A DNA stretch of 64,000 nucleotides from Puccinia triticina (GCA_026914245.1 CP110439.1:1054001-1118000); one strand, 5' to 3'. Positions 24,901 through 37,942 are shown, numbered from the stretch's first letter. Program-made: numbers and translations. Notes: generated by a model not told the origin, from the letters alone.

Positions 24901-26518
24901 CCCGCCATGACCCGGCGCGCCACAAGACATGGCACAAGTTTTTGGAGGAAAAACACAAAACGTACCAGCAGTACACACAAAATGTACCTCTGGTACACAC
25001 CCTTGGGTGCCCTGTATGGGTACAGTTGTCTAAAAAACATTGCGAGAATTTGGCAATATTTACTAAATCTGCTAAAAGCATTGCTGTATGTCCTTTTAGT
25101 GGGTTGAAAGCGAAAACTTTAGCACAGTAATTGGCCCATGAATCGCGGATCTGGTGCGCAGCCCACTACATATTGAATAGCAGGTCTAGTGTGCAGCCGT
25201 CTACATACTATGTAGTAGAGCAATAGATGATTGTGAGGCTGTGCAACCGGAGGTCTAAGTTTAACCTAGGTGATTGAGGTATCACCCCTGTTGCACTTGA
25301 CATCATTGCAGATCTTTCCCCAAGGTTTGATTCACTCCTTTCCCCTTGAACCATGAGTTCCAAAGGTCAGTCAACCCCACCAAACCAGGTAGAACCCACA
25401 ACAGGCCCCCACCAATCTTCCCGGGTTTGAACTCCCCTGGCATGCCCTGGATTGGTCCAAACTCACACTGATTCACAAAGGACCCTTTCAGAAAAATTAG
25501 TGCCAACTTATGGAAGTGAGCACACTGTCAATCATCCTAGAAAAACATGCAAGGACAGGAATAATTCTCACTGTCAATCTGCAGGAACCATATCATCAGG
25601 CACGGTGTGGTAACCCTGTTCCTGTTCATACTATCACCCTCACATCACCTAAACCCTTCATAAATACCTCATTATTACTTCATATTCAGATTCTACACCC
25701 CATTTTACCCCTAGTCACCCACTCATTTCACCTAGGATTTCCAAATGGATCAGCAGTTATTGGCATGTATAGTTTTGGCAGATATTTTCTTCATACATAT
25801 CCTTAGCATTAGTACATACATCATTCATTAGTATCATAGCTACATAGGACTGCAGATCTTACATAACTTCATTACTCATTTTACCCTTCATATGATATCA
25901 GCAGTACATTCCTTCATAGCTCTTGTAGTTATTACCAAATGCTCATCATCATTTCATCTTCTACATAGTTACCTTTCATGTACACTCCTTGGTCATTGCA
26001 CCTTCATCATTACTGCTCATCTTCAGATATTGTTAATATGTTCTCATCATGTATCACCCCCCTGTAGTACTTCTCACATATATAAACACCCCTCTAGATG
26101 TTGTATCCTCATCATGCACTTTCTACTACATCCCCTCTGTAGCACCTTTTTATCACACTTAGATACACTTTCATCACCATAGAAATATATCCCCCAGCAT
26201 ATATCTCATTACCCATCTCAGAGTGACTCCCCAAGAGCTTCTGCTTTTCTCTCCATCTCACTTCTCCTCTCTCACTCAGTAGGATTGATACACCTCAAAC
26301 TCATAAAGTGTTAAAGTCATCTAAGTCAAAGAGAATCATCAGCCACACCCTTTTCTTTTTCTTAGTGTAACCCTCTCTCCATCAGCATTAGTCAAGAGGG
26401 TAGCCTCACCAGCACCTGTAGCTTCTTCTACATTATTAGTAGTGTAGTTGACTATTTCCCCTCACAGCTCTTTCTTGATCTTTTAGGAGTTCCACAACGG
26501 TGATTTTTTCTGTCTTTC

Positions 26519-26836
26519 TGTAAGAGTCCAGTTTTGACTCTTCACTCAAGATTGCAAGGGTGGCGCTGAGAGATTGTCTCAAGAGTTCTAGTGCCCAAGT
26601 AAGTATATTGCATATGGAAGGCTGGCTCAGAGAGAGAGGAGACCAGTTCTATCCTAAGTACAACCAGAAGATCATGAGAGAAAAGAAAGACAAGAAAGGG
26701 AATGAAAGGCTTACCTGGCTCAGAGAGAGAGGAAATCATTTCTCTACTGAGCCAGGGAAGGACTAGGAACGGGCTATGTATCTGTGTGTGACATTCTTGT
26801 GGTCTTGTGAACCCCAAGGGATGGAGGGGGTTTACA
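26519..26836 (-). mobile_element. Solo LTR related to the 13399 LTR family
   Basis: Same termini TGTAAGAGTC...GGGGGTTTACA, same length (~318 bp), same internal layout. TSD imperfect (CTTTC vs CTCTT). Confidence 0.65.
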
Positions 26837-27546
26837 CTCTTCTTTTGTTGTCCTGTATGGGCGAAACATCTAACGAATCATTTTTTATCCCACTTGGTAT
26901 GGGAATGTAACAACTGAAACCAATGCAGAATTCAGCTTTTTCCAAAATTCCAATCACAAGAACAAAAGGCCAACAAGCCCGGAAAGAATTTCAAAGGTAG
27001 GTTTGATCATCCCAAAGATTATCTATTTGATGGTGCTTCTGCCAAAATTCAGGTGAGTAGTGTTATCAAAAATTGTAATACCTTTGCTATTGCACAGCAA
27101 TTCCTCTACTGATTGTAGAGAGTGTAAAATGAAGATGTGTCTGGTGAGAGTCAAACTGACGACCTCAGCTATGCTGAGACACATACTAGAGTGCTGCCTT
27201 TGCCAACTAGGCTGCAGACGCTTGTGGCTACCAGCTGGGTGGTTGGTTGTGAGTGCTTATGGGCCAGTCCAACAGTCCTCCATCCTGTGGCCATACATCA
27301 TGGCAGGAGACTAACAGAAAAATCAAAACATGCGTTGCCAAATGATGGGAAGTGAGGATTGACCCCAAGAGAGAGTGTGAATGAGACCCAGGAAAGATGA
27401 TCAGTGTGGGATTGAATTGGATTGTGATTACAGTAGACAGCTTGATGAAAATGGTGAAGTTCATTGCTTGCCATAAATTTCAGCTGGCTAGTAAAAGCTT
27501 TCTACCCCTTAGATAGCTGTATCAGATTTTACTACACCATCTGCAC

Positions 27547-28483
27547 TAGAGATAGTCATTTGGGACCCGGGTACCACACCGCTTTTTGGCCAATTTCAGG
27601 TACCTAGTACCGCACCCAGCACCGCCTGGGAGGTACCACGGGTACCGCGGGTACCACCCGTGATATTTTTTGGTTTGGCAGCGTCCTGCTGTCCTGCTTG
27701 CTCCATCCAGTTTGTTGCCGTCCTTTGCGACAAGCTGGAGGGCAAACAGGCCACTGTTTGCCGGGAGGGACTCCTCCCGGCAAGCACTGGCTCTCCTCTT
27801 TGACTGGAGGAATCCCTCCGGTTGAGGAGGAATACACACCTCTGACCGGAGGAATTGTCCGATTGGAGGCATGTACACCTCTTTGACCGGAGGAATGGCT
27901 CCGGTCAAAGAGGCAAGTCCACCCAGCAAGCTGGATATGCGTCCAGCTCACCCGGTGGACATCCCTCGCCAAGCTGGATAATTTATCCAGCTTGCCAAGA
28001 TGGCTCATCCCTCACCAAGATGGATACACAATATCCAGCTCGGCTAGGGAGGTCTCACGGCGAGCTGGACACATCCAGCTCCCTTGGAAGATTCCTCTTG
28101 GCAAGCTGGATACATATGTATCCTGCTTGGCGAGGGGACTCCTCTCCAGCTCATCAAGAGGTTCTTCGGCGTCCATGAGCTGGATACAATATATGTATCC
28201 AGCTTTGCGGGAGGAGTCCCCTTGGCAAGCTGGATACGCCGAGAGGAATCCTCCCAGCTTGCTGGGAGGCCTTTGCCGAGCTGGATCTACCAATTCCAGG
28301 CTCTCAATCCCCCGGGGGGTGGGAGGTACTTGTAGGCGGTACCCGGGTACCGCACCGCTTTCCAGCCAAAACCCGGTGCCTAGTACCGCACCCGGCACTG
28401 CTGCGCGGGTGCAAGGCAGGTGCAAGGGGGTACCCGCCAAGCGGTACTAGGTACCCGCCACGGGTACCAAATGACTATCTCTA
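27547..28483. mobile_element. Non-autonomous hAT element, 937 bp, 8-bp TSD ATCTGCAC
   Basis: TIR TAGAGATAGTCATTTGG / CCAAATGACTATCTCTA. ATCTGCAC at 27539-27546 and 28484-28491. Many subterminal GGTACC motifs. Confidence 0.9.
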
Positions 28484-28591
28484 ATCTGCACTCAACCAAG
28501 CTCCACATCAGTGACAGTACCACTTTCATTTCCCTTGTTATTAACACGTGATTTACTCGATCTCAGGTTTGGTTTTCTCAGAAACCCCTAT

Positions 28592-29127
28592 GGCAGCAAT
28601 GGGCCACTGCACTACACTAACGTTATTGGACAATAACTATTAGTGTAGCCATTTTATTGACTCCCAAATTCTGTTGAGATAGTAGAATCTCTCTGTTGTG
28701 TTATGCTTCTAACTCATGCACCCACAACTTAGCCTATGATACATGTGCATATAGTCTAGTTGTTTTTCCTGCTGTTTCTTCTTCCACATTGAATGATTAT
28801 TATGCTTTGACTCACTGTGCTCGGACTATGTCCTTGACACTTTGTCAAGTCTCTCTAAGTACTTGTGTCACCTCTATTACCCTCAACAAATTCATGTTAT
28901 TTGTTATCTCAGATACAAGTATCCATACTAACAATAACGGGAAATAACAGTAATAACAACAATAACAGGCATGTTATTGCTGTTATCCATCACTATTTCC
29001 TGGGCAAGTTCCTGTATTGTTAGCAACACAAAAAACAAGATGACAGAAAATGTTGTTATTGTTAGCTGGTTTTGGCTAAATTACACTATGCTAACAAATA
29101 ATGTTAGTGTATTGGCCCACCGTTGCC
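28592..29127. mobile_element. Degenerate TIR element (MITE-like)
   Basis: GGCAGCAATGGGCCA..TACACTAACGTTATT vs AATAATGTTAGTGTATTGGCCCACCGTTGCC. No convincing long TSD. Confidence 0.45.
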
Positions 29128-30567
29128 TATGGAGATCCAAAACAGAAATACACACTAGATCAATCTATAGCCCCAAGAAGGGTGTCAATGAGGTGGTGAG
29201 TAAGTCTGGGAGGCTTGAGGACGATAAGGACTCTTAGGTTTTGAGGAAGCGCCGCGAAGCAGTGGGAGTGTGGGAAAAGGTCCTTGCTCTTTCGGCAATG
29301 CTTTGGCAAACAGAACGGCAGCTAGCTTTTTGTGGATGGTTTAGTCAGGGAAAAGGGTGCTGGAGTGTGTGCGGGGTAAAGTGCAGGTGTGGATCCAAAC
29401 ATAGGGACCAAGTTGTCACTTTATACTCTGCAGGTCTCTGTCCTCCCATTGGTTTTTTGGCCTTTGGTTAGCTTTATTGTTTCTTAGGCTCATCATCACA
29501 AACAGAGGATGAGCCTTACTCCAGGGATCACGGCATCCCTTTGAGAGTGTATTGCTGGACATTTCCTGTAGCTAAGATCTTCTGGTTCATACAAACCTTG
29601 CTCATCTACAATTCTTGTTACTCTGGAAGATCTTGTCTTTTATGTGCTATAGTTGCAACTGTTTAGAGAGATGCATTCACAGGCTGGGGTTTGCATTCCT
29701 AGGCCCGGTGATGGTTGCAGAGCATGTTTTCCACCCATCATTCCTGATTTTTTATCGCATTTTTCTTTGTTTATAGGGATCTCTTAATAAGGTGCAGCAT
29801 GTATAAGTGCACTCCTATATTGGACACCCAATACTATTGTGTCAGACAATCTTTATATCTCAGATCACTAGAGAGATGGGCACACACCTGGTGATTTGAC
29901 TTTGGCCGTCAACAGCCTACCCCCGCAGAACCAGTGGCCAAACTAGTGGCCAATCGAAAATCATCAACAAAGCAGTTGAGCAGTACTTGCTGCATTTTGT
30001 CAGCTGGTCCCTGCTGGACAGTGGCCTCCCTCCACACAGAGAGGGCCATAAGTAATAACACAGATTCCGAGTCATTTGCACAAAATTGGATAATCTTCAC
30101 ACTTTTCATTCTTGGCCTTCATAACCATCTGTGGGAACTTATTTTGCACGCCTGAACAGACCATGCCATGCGTCCAGCTGTATGGCCAGAGCGTGAGCAA
30201 CAAAAAACATGGTGCCCAAAACTGTTGTCCCACACATCCAATCCATCTCCACCACTCAAGCCCGGATCTCACTCCACCCACACATCACACAAACACACAC
30301 CTCCGCGTCGTCTCCGACGCATCCCCACACCACCACCACAAAATAAACTGAAAACGGAACGACGGGGCACCAGCGACAGACGTACGCCATCACATGAACA
30401 TCTTTTTTTTTGGGGGGGGGTCCTAGCAACAAGAGGGCAGGGCGGGCAGGTTTTGTACACACACACACACATACGCACAAGAATCGAATTGTGGAAGTCA
30501 TGGAGCGAGAGAGAGAAAAAAGGGGGCAAAGTGACTGCACAATGAAAGGGGGGGAATGGGAGAGGGA

Positions 30568-30612
<45 letters not shown>

Positions 30613-30712
30613 GAAACATACATGGGAGAGCAGAGGATGGGGGGGTGGGAGGAAGCCGATTCCGGAGGCGATCAACGCGGAGACCGGCGGGGTAAGTGGG
30701 GCGGGGGCGGGG

Positions 30713-33529
30713 TCATTTGTTGGCACAGAACGGGCTGCGAGTCCTCGACCGCGACCGAGACAACGAACGGGGCCCCCCTCCTCCTCCTCCGACGACAGGC
30801 GGCGCGGTGCGTGGGACAGGGAAGCCGGGGCCGAGGAGCGTGCGGCGGGCGAAGGGCGCGGGGGCGCGGCGTCTGGGCCTAGCGGGCCTGCCGGAGCCCG
30901 GCGGGGAGGAGGGCGACGGGTCGACGGCGACGAGCAGGGCGTGTAAGTCGAGCGGAGACTCCTCTGGGCTGGCGGCCTCGAGACAGGCCGGGTCGTGTGG
31001 GAGGCAGTCGGGCGGCAAGAAGATCGGGCTGGCCACGGACGCGTCCAGGGGGAACCCGTCCGCCGACGACCCCGAGGCGCCGCTCGAGGCCGCCGAGACG
31101 GAGCGGGCCGAGTCGTCGCTGGTCGTCGCTTCGCGGCGGTGGCGTCCGTCGTCGGAGGAGGACTTGTCGGGGCGCGCGAGCCAGCCGGAGCCGCCGATCT
31201 CCGAGACCACCCAGCGGCTGTTCCTGTCCACGGCGAGACAGCCCTGGAGGACCTTAGCCACGCTCATCTTGGTCTCGGCTTCGCTGGAGGCCTGGCCGGC
31301 CTGGTCGGCCGGGGAGACGACGAGGGCGGCGGGGAAGTCGAACTGGCCGTTCATGATCTTGAGTCTCAGGCGGGGCTCGAAGTCGTCCTGGAACGGGAGA
31401 TGGCCTTCCAGGAGCCCGTAGAGCACACAGCCGAGGGCCCAGATGTCGAGCGAGGGGCAGGCGAGAGGGGTCTCTGAGCGGAGCTGCTCGGGAGGCGTGT
31501 AGGCCAGCGATCCGGCGGCGGTGGGAAACATGTCGAGCGACGCGAACGGGTCGTCGTCCTGTGGCCTGCTCAGATCCTCGTCGTTGTCGTCTTCCTTGAC
31601 CGGCTGGGATGCGAAGATCGAGTTGTCGAGTTGCGGGGGAAGCCGGGTGCGGGTGTGATTGGAGGAGAGGCTCCAGGTCATCGAGCGGGGGTCGACGTGG
31701 CCGGCGATCCGGCCCTCGTTGATCCGTGGGAGCGCGCTGAACGTCTTGGGCAGGGAGAGGTCGCGGTTCCAGCTCGAAGAGGCTTTCCCCTTGGCGGCGG
31801 CCCGGGCGGGGTCGAGCGGCCGGCCCGGGGAGGGATAGGTGGCCAGGCCGAAGTCGGAGATTTTGATCTGGCCCTGCTGGATGAGGATGTTTTCGAGCTT
31901 GATGTCCTTGTGGACGATGCCGGCCTCGTTGTGCAGGTATGTGAGGCCCTGGACGATTTGCCAGAAGATCGGCCGGACCAGGTCGAGGCGGAGGCCGCCG
32001 CCGCCGCCCGAAGAGGAAGAGGGGCCAGGGCCAGCAGCAGAAGAAGAAGAGGAAGAAGAAGAGCCAGACTGGCCGAGCGGTGGGGAGGATGATGAGGTGA
32101 AGGAGGGCCAGGCAAAGAGGGCGTACAGCTTGTCTTGCTCGTGCGGGTTCAGCTTGACTTGGTTGAGCAGCTGGAGCAGGTTGCCGCCTTCGCACATGGG
32201 CATGAACAGGAGGGTCTGAGTGGGCGTCTCGTGGAGCGAGAGCAGGGGGACCAGGTTGGGGTGGGGGCTCAAGCTGGACCAGACGCGGATCTCCTGCTTG
32301 AGCAGCGCATTCGCCAGATCCTCGGTCGCACTGGTCGGCAGGGGCAGGTGTGCCGAGTTGACGAGATGGCCGTTGACGGTCATGGCCACCGACGAGGAGC
32401 GGTCACGAGAGCTGATGGAGGCGTGTAGGGAGACTGGCTGGGGAGGGAAGCGAGAGTGTTGGTGGGATCTAGGGGGAGCCCTGCGGACGATCTTGACGGC
32501 GACGCGCTGCTCAGTGGCCGGATGGCGGGCCTCGCGGACGACGCTGAAGCCGCCCCGGCCGATGATCTGGCCGACCATGTACCCGGCCACCTGGTCACCC
32601 TCCTCCACAAGCTCCGAGGGCACTGTTGGAATAGGAGACATCTCAGCTCTAATCGACGGAATGGTTGCATCAGCAAAAGCGGACAGGAAATTGACAGCTG
32701 GCGAGGCATCCATGTCGGAGTAGGCGAGCGAGGAGACCGAGTCGAGCCGGTCGTCCGAGCGCAGGTAGGAGAGGCGCGAGGGCAGGGAGGAGTCTCGGAA
32801 GCCCGAGGTGACGATGGGTGCGGGGCGGTGGTGGCTGAGGGGGTAGTTGTGGCGTGTGTGGGGGATGCTCGGTGCGGGATGGTGGGGCGGGGAGGGGGAG
32901 GATGTGGCGGAGGAGGAGGGCGAGGGGGTGGAGTGGGGCTCGGAGAGGAACCGGGGAGGGGGCGATCGTCCGCGGACAAGCGATGCGGACTGGTTCATGG
33001 ACATGCTCGTCGGTGGGGAGCGACAGAAGGGGAGTGACTGTGGAGGGGGGGGGGGAGAGAGTGCAATGGTTAGCATGGGCTGCTGGTGTTTGAGCAATTG
33101 CTGAGGAGGAGGATTTTTCTGTGAGGTTGACCATTTGATACGCGACCGTTCCCCCCCCAGGCCTACTTTGGGTGACGCTGCAAACCGAAAAGAAAAAGTG
33201 GAGTGAAGGGGGGGGGGGGGAAATAGGCCAGCTGAGGCTTGTCTGGTGTGGCTGCTTGGGCGGTGTGTGTGTGTGTGTGTGGAGAGAGTGAGTGGGATGC
33301 TTACGCTGCATGGGGAGATGGGCGACTCGACTGGGCTGATCATCCGCGGGGTGCTTGGGTTGGTGGCTGCAGTTGTTTTGAGCCAGAGGAGGTTGGTGCT
33401 GTTGCTTGGGGGCGAGAAGAGTCCGCGGGGGTCGAATATCTCGAATGTGTCGAGGTCGTCTGCGGGTGGGGTTGTGGCTGGGCTGAGGCTGGGGTGCTGG
33501 CTGTCGAGTGCTGCCAGTGGGAGGCTCAT
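30713..33529 (-). CDS. Ser/Thr protein kinase (CAMK-group-like) with low-complexity inserts; true start uncertain
   Basis: IGRGGFSVV, VAVKIV, HKDIKLENIL, KISDFGLA, GSLAYTPPE, DIWALGCVLY and LPF motifs in one ORF. Confidence 0.9.
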   Translation of the reverse strand: MSLPLAALDSQHPSLSPATTPPADDLDTFEIFDPRGLFSPPSNSTNLLWLKTTAATNPSTPRMISPVESPISPCSVSIPLTLSTHTHTHRPSSHTRQASAGLFPPPPLHSTFSFRFAASPKVGLGGERSRIKWSTSQKNPPPQQLLKHQQPMLTIALSPPPPPQSLPFCRSPPTSMSMNQSASLVRGRSPPPRFLSEPHSTPSPSSSATSSPSPPHHPAPSIPHTRHNYPLSHHRPAPIVTSGFRDSSLPSRLSYLRSDDRLDSVSSLAYSDMDASPAVNFLSAFADATIPSIRAEMSPIPTVPSELVEEGDQVAGYMVGQIIGRGGFSVVREARHPATEQRVAVKIVRRAPPRSHQHSRFPPQPVSLHASISSRDRSSSVAMTVNGHLVNSAHLPLPTSATEDLANALLKQEIRVWSSLSPHPNLVPLLSLHETPTQTLLFMPMCEGGNLLQLLNQVKLNPHEQDKLYALFAWPSFTSSSSPPLGQSGSSSSSSSSAAGPGPSSSSGGGGGLRLDLVRPIFWQIVQGLTYLHNEAGIVHKDIKLENILIQQGQIKISDFGLATYPSPGRPLDPARAAAKGKASSSWNRDLSLPKTFSALPRINEGRIAGHVDPRSMTWSLSSNHTRTRLPPQLDNSIFASQPVKEDDNDEDLSRPQDDDPFASLDMFPTAAGSLAYTPPEQLRSETPLACPSLDIWALGCVLYGLLEGHLPFQDDFEPRLRLKIMNGQFDFPAALVVSPADQAGQASSEAETKMSVAKVLQGCLAVDRNSRWVVSEIGGSGWLARPDKSSSDDGRHRREATTSDDSARSVSAASSGASGSSADGFPLDASVASPIFLPPDCLPHDPACLEAASPEESPLDLHALLVAVDPSPSSPPGSGRPARPRRRAPAPFARRTLLGPGFPVPRTAPPVVGGGGGGPRSLSRSRSRTRSPFCANK

Positions 33530-34431
33530 GGTGGTGGTGGTGGTGGTCGTTGGTGGCTGGAGAGGGGTGGGGAGGGAAGAGGAAGAAGAAGAAGAAGGGA
33601 AGTGCTGGAGGATCCAGGGGGGCTACCGCCGCGGCTCCCCGGGGCCTAGCAACCGACCGGCACTCCGCCGAAACTGCCCACAATCCACACAGAACAATCC
33701 ACAGCGGGAGGATCACTATGAGAGCTTGCTTGGGGGGAGTTCTTGCTAGACTCTTGTTGTGAAACCCCCCAATGCCCTTGAGTCAATCCCAGTGCAAAGC
33801 TCATGAATGAGTGCTGTGCTGCCACCACAACAGCTACACTACTGGAGCTATTTACACATCAACTGGAAGAAAAACCTGGCAAAAAATTCAAGTCACTTGC
33901 CTGCAAATCTCTGTCCTTGATCATTCTTCCCCATATTGTGCATTCAAGATATAAACTTGGCAAAAGTTCCACCTAAGTACAATGGCTGGCCTTGACTTGA
34001 CTGTAACTGGGGCCCTTGCAGTATAGTAAAGCTGTTTTTATAATCTCCAGTACACTACTACCACTAGTAAATTAAGGGACTCTTCCTCATTGGATGATAT
34101 ATTCAGTAACCAGGGGTAAAACTGGGTGTATAAGCCCTACTTATAAGAATAAAACAGGGTAAAACTAGGTGCAGATGCCTTATTGTGGTTTATATAATCA
34201 TCCATTGGCAAGCTGGCCCCAGCAAAGAAAAATAAAGTATACCATACCAGCACAAGAAAAATAAAAAATCCTGGGGCTATCAAATCAGGGGGGCTCACAA
34301 TAGAGTTTCAAAAAGCACTTTAGAGCCCCTTTATGAACAATTTTATGAAAATTTGGTTAATTAGCTATCCACATTTGGGTGTCCCTTAATCAGCCGGACG
34401 ATTCCCTTCTTCCACCCCTGACTCTCATGCC

Positions 34432-36666
34432 ATGTACTCGGGTCAGATTGGGCCGCGCGGCCCCCACCCCAATCTGTTGTTCCTTGAATCCCCATCCGAG
34501 CATCCCACTTCCCGTGTCCAACAGTTGTCGCAAGACCATCATCCACCGAGTTTGCAGTACACCTACACTTCTCCACTCGCTGGCCCAATCAACTGGGGTG
34601 CAAACCCTGCTGCACGTCACAACCCTCCACAAAATCCAAACTTCCTTCCCAGTGGTCCTATGTTATCGCCAAGCCTCCCTCCCCCTGTGCACTTTAGTCC
34701 GACTTCTCAACCTTCCAAACCGGCCCCAAAAAAGCGGGCACCCCGGAAAAAAGCCGCGACACCTTCTCGTCCCAATGGGGATGCTCCATCTGATCCGAGT
34801 CCGCCTACTCCTGCTGTGCCACCCCCCCACAACCACCAGCTCCCTCCAAAGAAACATTGCCTAACGCCCAGCGGGCACCGACAACACCCTCTATTTTCCA
34901 GCTTCCACAACCTGAGACCCCGCCTGCCCCTCGTCGTGTCTCATTCCTTGATGACCCAGATTTGTCAGATGCAGCCCCTCCAGCGCCCAGGAAACGCGCC
35001 CCCCCAGAAGTCATGGAACAAATCCAAAACGACTCGCTAGACGAGCTGCGTGCCCGAGCTGCCAGATATGCCGAGTATCTTCGTTTGACTGCTGATGATA
35101 AGCTTGCCCTTGAGGAGGCGTACCGTCAGTATCAGAGGTCCGTCCACCTCATCATAATTGAGAGGATGCTACGTGCGCAACCTGCCTTGAATTATCTCGG
35201 CAATGAGGTTCGAATCCGCGGACCCACCAATTTCAACAATTTTTGTAAATATGACGAGGAAGCAAGCCCCATTTACCACGACAGTAAGCTCTATCACCTG
35301 TATTTCTGGCCAACTATTATGTACTAACGTTCTCCCTCCTCAGAATCAATTCCATTTCAGGATCAAATGGTCTCTTGTGGCGAGCTCTGGCGTCTCCTGG
35401 ATTTTGATACACAGGATCAATGGCGAGATCAAGACTTTCTCGATACTATAACCCCCCCGGACTCTGTTGCACCAGCCTCCGAGGACTTGCCTGACGCCGT
35501 TGCCCAATGGAAAAAGCGAGAGCGGTTCAAACTCAAAATGTGGATCCGAAAGGTCAAACGGGATGTGAGTTACATCCCAGTACCCTTTCTTCCCATGTTA
35601 TTCGCTGAAGTTCCTATTTGTTACTTGCAGCTCAAAAACTTGAGCGTGTCCCATCAGGTTGAGGGCTTCTTTGCCATTGCATCGCGTGACCCTCACAATC
35701 CCGAACTCATCACCGGAGGTAGCTTCATTGGTGAAGAGTTCCTCGACGTCCTCGAAGGGGGCACCAACACTTGCCAACTGTTCTACAACTTCGTCAACGG
35801 CCAGCAAGCAGTCAAGGCAATCACTGGTGCTTATCCCAAACCAAGTAACAAGCGCAAACGCCGCTCTGGGAAAGATCCCGAAGACGGAGATTGTCCACAT
35901 GACTTAGGTATGTCAATTTCAGCTTTGTATTGTCGGTATTGTTGTGCTTATTTGATTTTTCATTGTCATAGGTAGCAAGCTTGCAAACGCTGCTGAGGTT
36001 CGAGCAAAACTCAAGGAGGCCTTGTGTAAGCTATACCCCCTATCAGGCAATTCCACATTCTGACTAACAATTTGGCCTACAGGCGAAGCCACTGGTGGAG
36101 TTTGGACCAAAGGATGGCCCGGTACGAAAACTGAGCAAAAGCTGCGTGACCTCGACGTTACTCTGCAGGTCCTGCCAAACAGCAAGGGTGTTGTACCAGC
36201 GGACTTTTGTGCTTGTCCTTCAGACATGCGGATTGCGCGGACTCGCCGCATTCTGACGGCCTTTGCAAACGGGTGGGTCCGACTGATTGGTCCACCTGCC
36301 AAGGCCTCAGACGATCGGATTCGTTCTCTTGGGCATGAGCCCGACTCTGAAGACCCGGACGAAGCCCCCCGTATAACTGTTTGGCTTAACAGTACCCGAA
36401 TCACAAGTGATCATCACTCCAGAAACGGTGTGAAAAGAGTTGGCCCCAAACGACCTGTTCGCTCCAAGGCAGGTAAGGCTAGTTGCTCAAAACGTCCTCG
36501 CAAGACTAAGAGCCGTATCTTCAAATCAGAAGACGATACATCATCCTCGGAATCGGATGATGGAGTCGCTCCCAAGCGCCGCATGCTGACGAGGCATGAT
36601 CATGCCCTCATCAACTCGACTGGTATCTTCCGGGAGGAAAGATCAGTGACTCCTACCACTCCCTGA
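34432..36666 (+). CDS. Multi-exon hypothetical protein with HMG-box-like central segment; apparent frameshift at C-run ~34822-34828; exons ~34432-35283, 35344-35564, 35631-35907, 35972-36025, 36083-36666
   Basis: Four GT-AG introns link the ORFs. RGPTNFNNFCKY...MVSCGELWRLLD...QDQW resembles an HMG-box pattern (inference). Confidence 0.6.
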
Positions 36667-37942
36667 TCCGCTTGAAAACTCGTCTCCGACTGCTCTCAGT
36701 CAACGGTTTTACCTCCTGTTGTCCAATTACCTTGAAATTGCTATGACCTATTTGATACTCGAACCGACCGCGCCTTTCCGCTTGCAACTTGCAACTTTGA
36801 AGTCATTTATCTCTGGTTTATCATGTCTGTTGTCTCGCTGTGAATGTCTCATTTCTCTCATCTCGTGCTCTCTTGTTATCCTGCCTCCCTGAGATCCTGT
36901 CTCAAACTTTGACCGACTTACAAATTCTTATCGCTTGTGGTTGCTTGTGGTTGTGTCGCACCTAGCTTGTTTGCCACTGGCTCGTTGTGTCATGAATATT
37001 TTTTCCAAATAATTTTCTCAAACTTGTCTTGTCGCGTCATGAACTTGGGGGCTTGTGCCTCTTCTTGTTTATCTCCATCTATCAGGTCCTTCCGGGTGCT
37101 TCTCAACAAGATACAATGCAAACACTAGCCAAGTAGCACAACTGCTTCATTGCTGGCAACTAACAAAAATCACGTCATTTATGAACAAGTTGCAGAAGAC
37201 GAGCATTCTATGAGTGATGCGACTGGATGCTAGCAAATCATGAGTGACCCAACAAAAAACAGGTAAATTATGAGTGATAAGAAAAATGATATGTTTAGAT
37301 ATTCTAATGTCCTCCAGCGGCGGCTTGAAGTAAGCTAATGAGGAGAGAAGAGGAAAAATTTTGTAAAGTGGTGGTTTAGAAGTAGTCAGGGGTTGGATAT
37401 GGGGATAATAAGAGACCTGAAGTGTCGGAGAGATCAAGTGGTAAGTTGTGTCTAGCTGTAAGACCAGAGGATGGCGTTCGGGAGGGTGTAGAGTTCTGAG
37501 GGTGTAGGCATGGCGGGGAGAGAAGGTCATATTGATTCCGCCCGGGGGCATATGACTGTGGGGCCGATGTGATGCGGACGGGGGGGATGTGATATAAGCC
37601 GGTGGTCGTGATGTAGCAGTACTATCATCAGTTGACTGTAGTAAAGACCGGTGTATCACCGGTCCGGCTACAAAAGGGGACTTCACACAAATTTGCCAAG
37701 TCCGAGACCCAGGTCTTTTGGGTCTTCTGGGTTTCCCAGGGACTTTATTTTGCCTGCAAAAAAGGCGGTATGCAGTGACCTAGGCGGGGTTCTCAGGTAT
37801 TGCATACTATGGGGTATGTAGGTGCCCACAGGTGAACTTGTGTCATGGAAGGCACATAAACAAAGTGAAAGAATAGTTTTATAAACACTTCATGAAGCTT
37901 GCACCTTGACATGAAGCTCATACGTAATAGTTGGGTTGATCC

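Noticed and set aside
19440..27500. Numerous 60-220 aa ORFs in AT-rich DNA
   Set aside because: Chance ORFs in CpG-decayed repeat remnants; no recognisable motifs.
30168..33762. Many overlapping + strand and alternative-frame ORFs over the kinase
   Set aside because: Shadows of GC-rich low-complexity coding sequence with no motifs.
34050..34075. CACTA transposon terminus (CACTACTACCACTAGTA)
   Set aside because: No matching inverted end or 3-bp TSD found.
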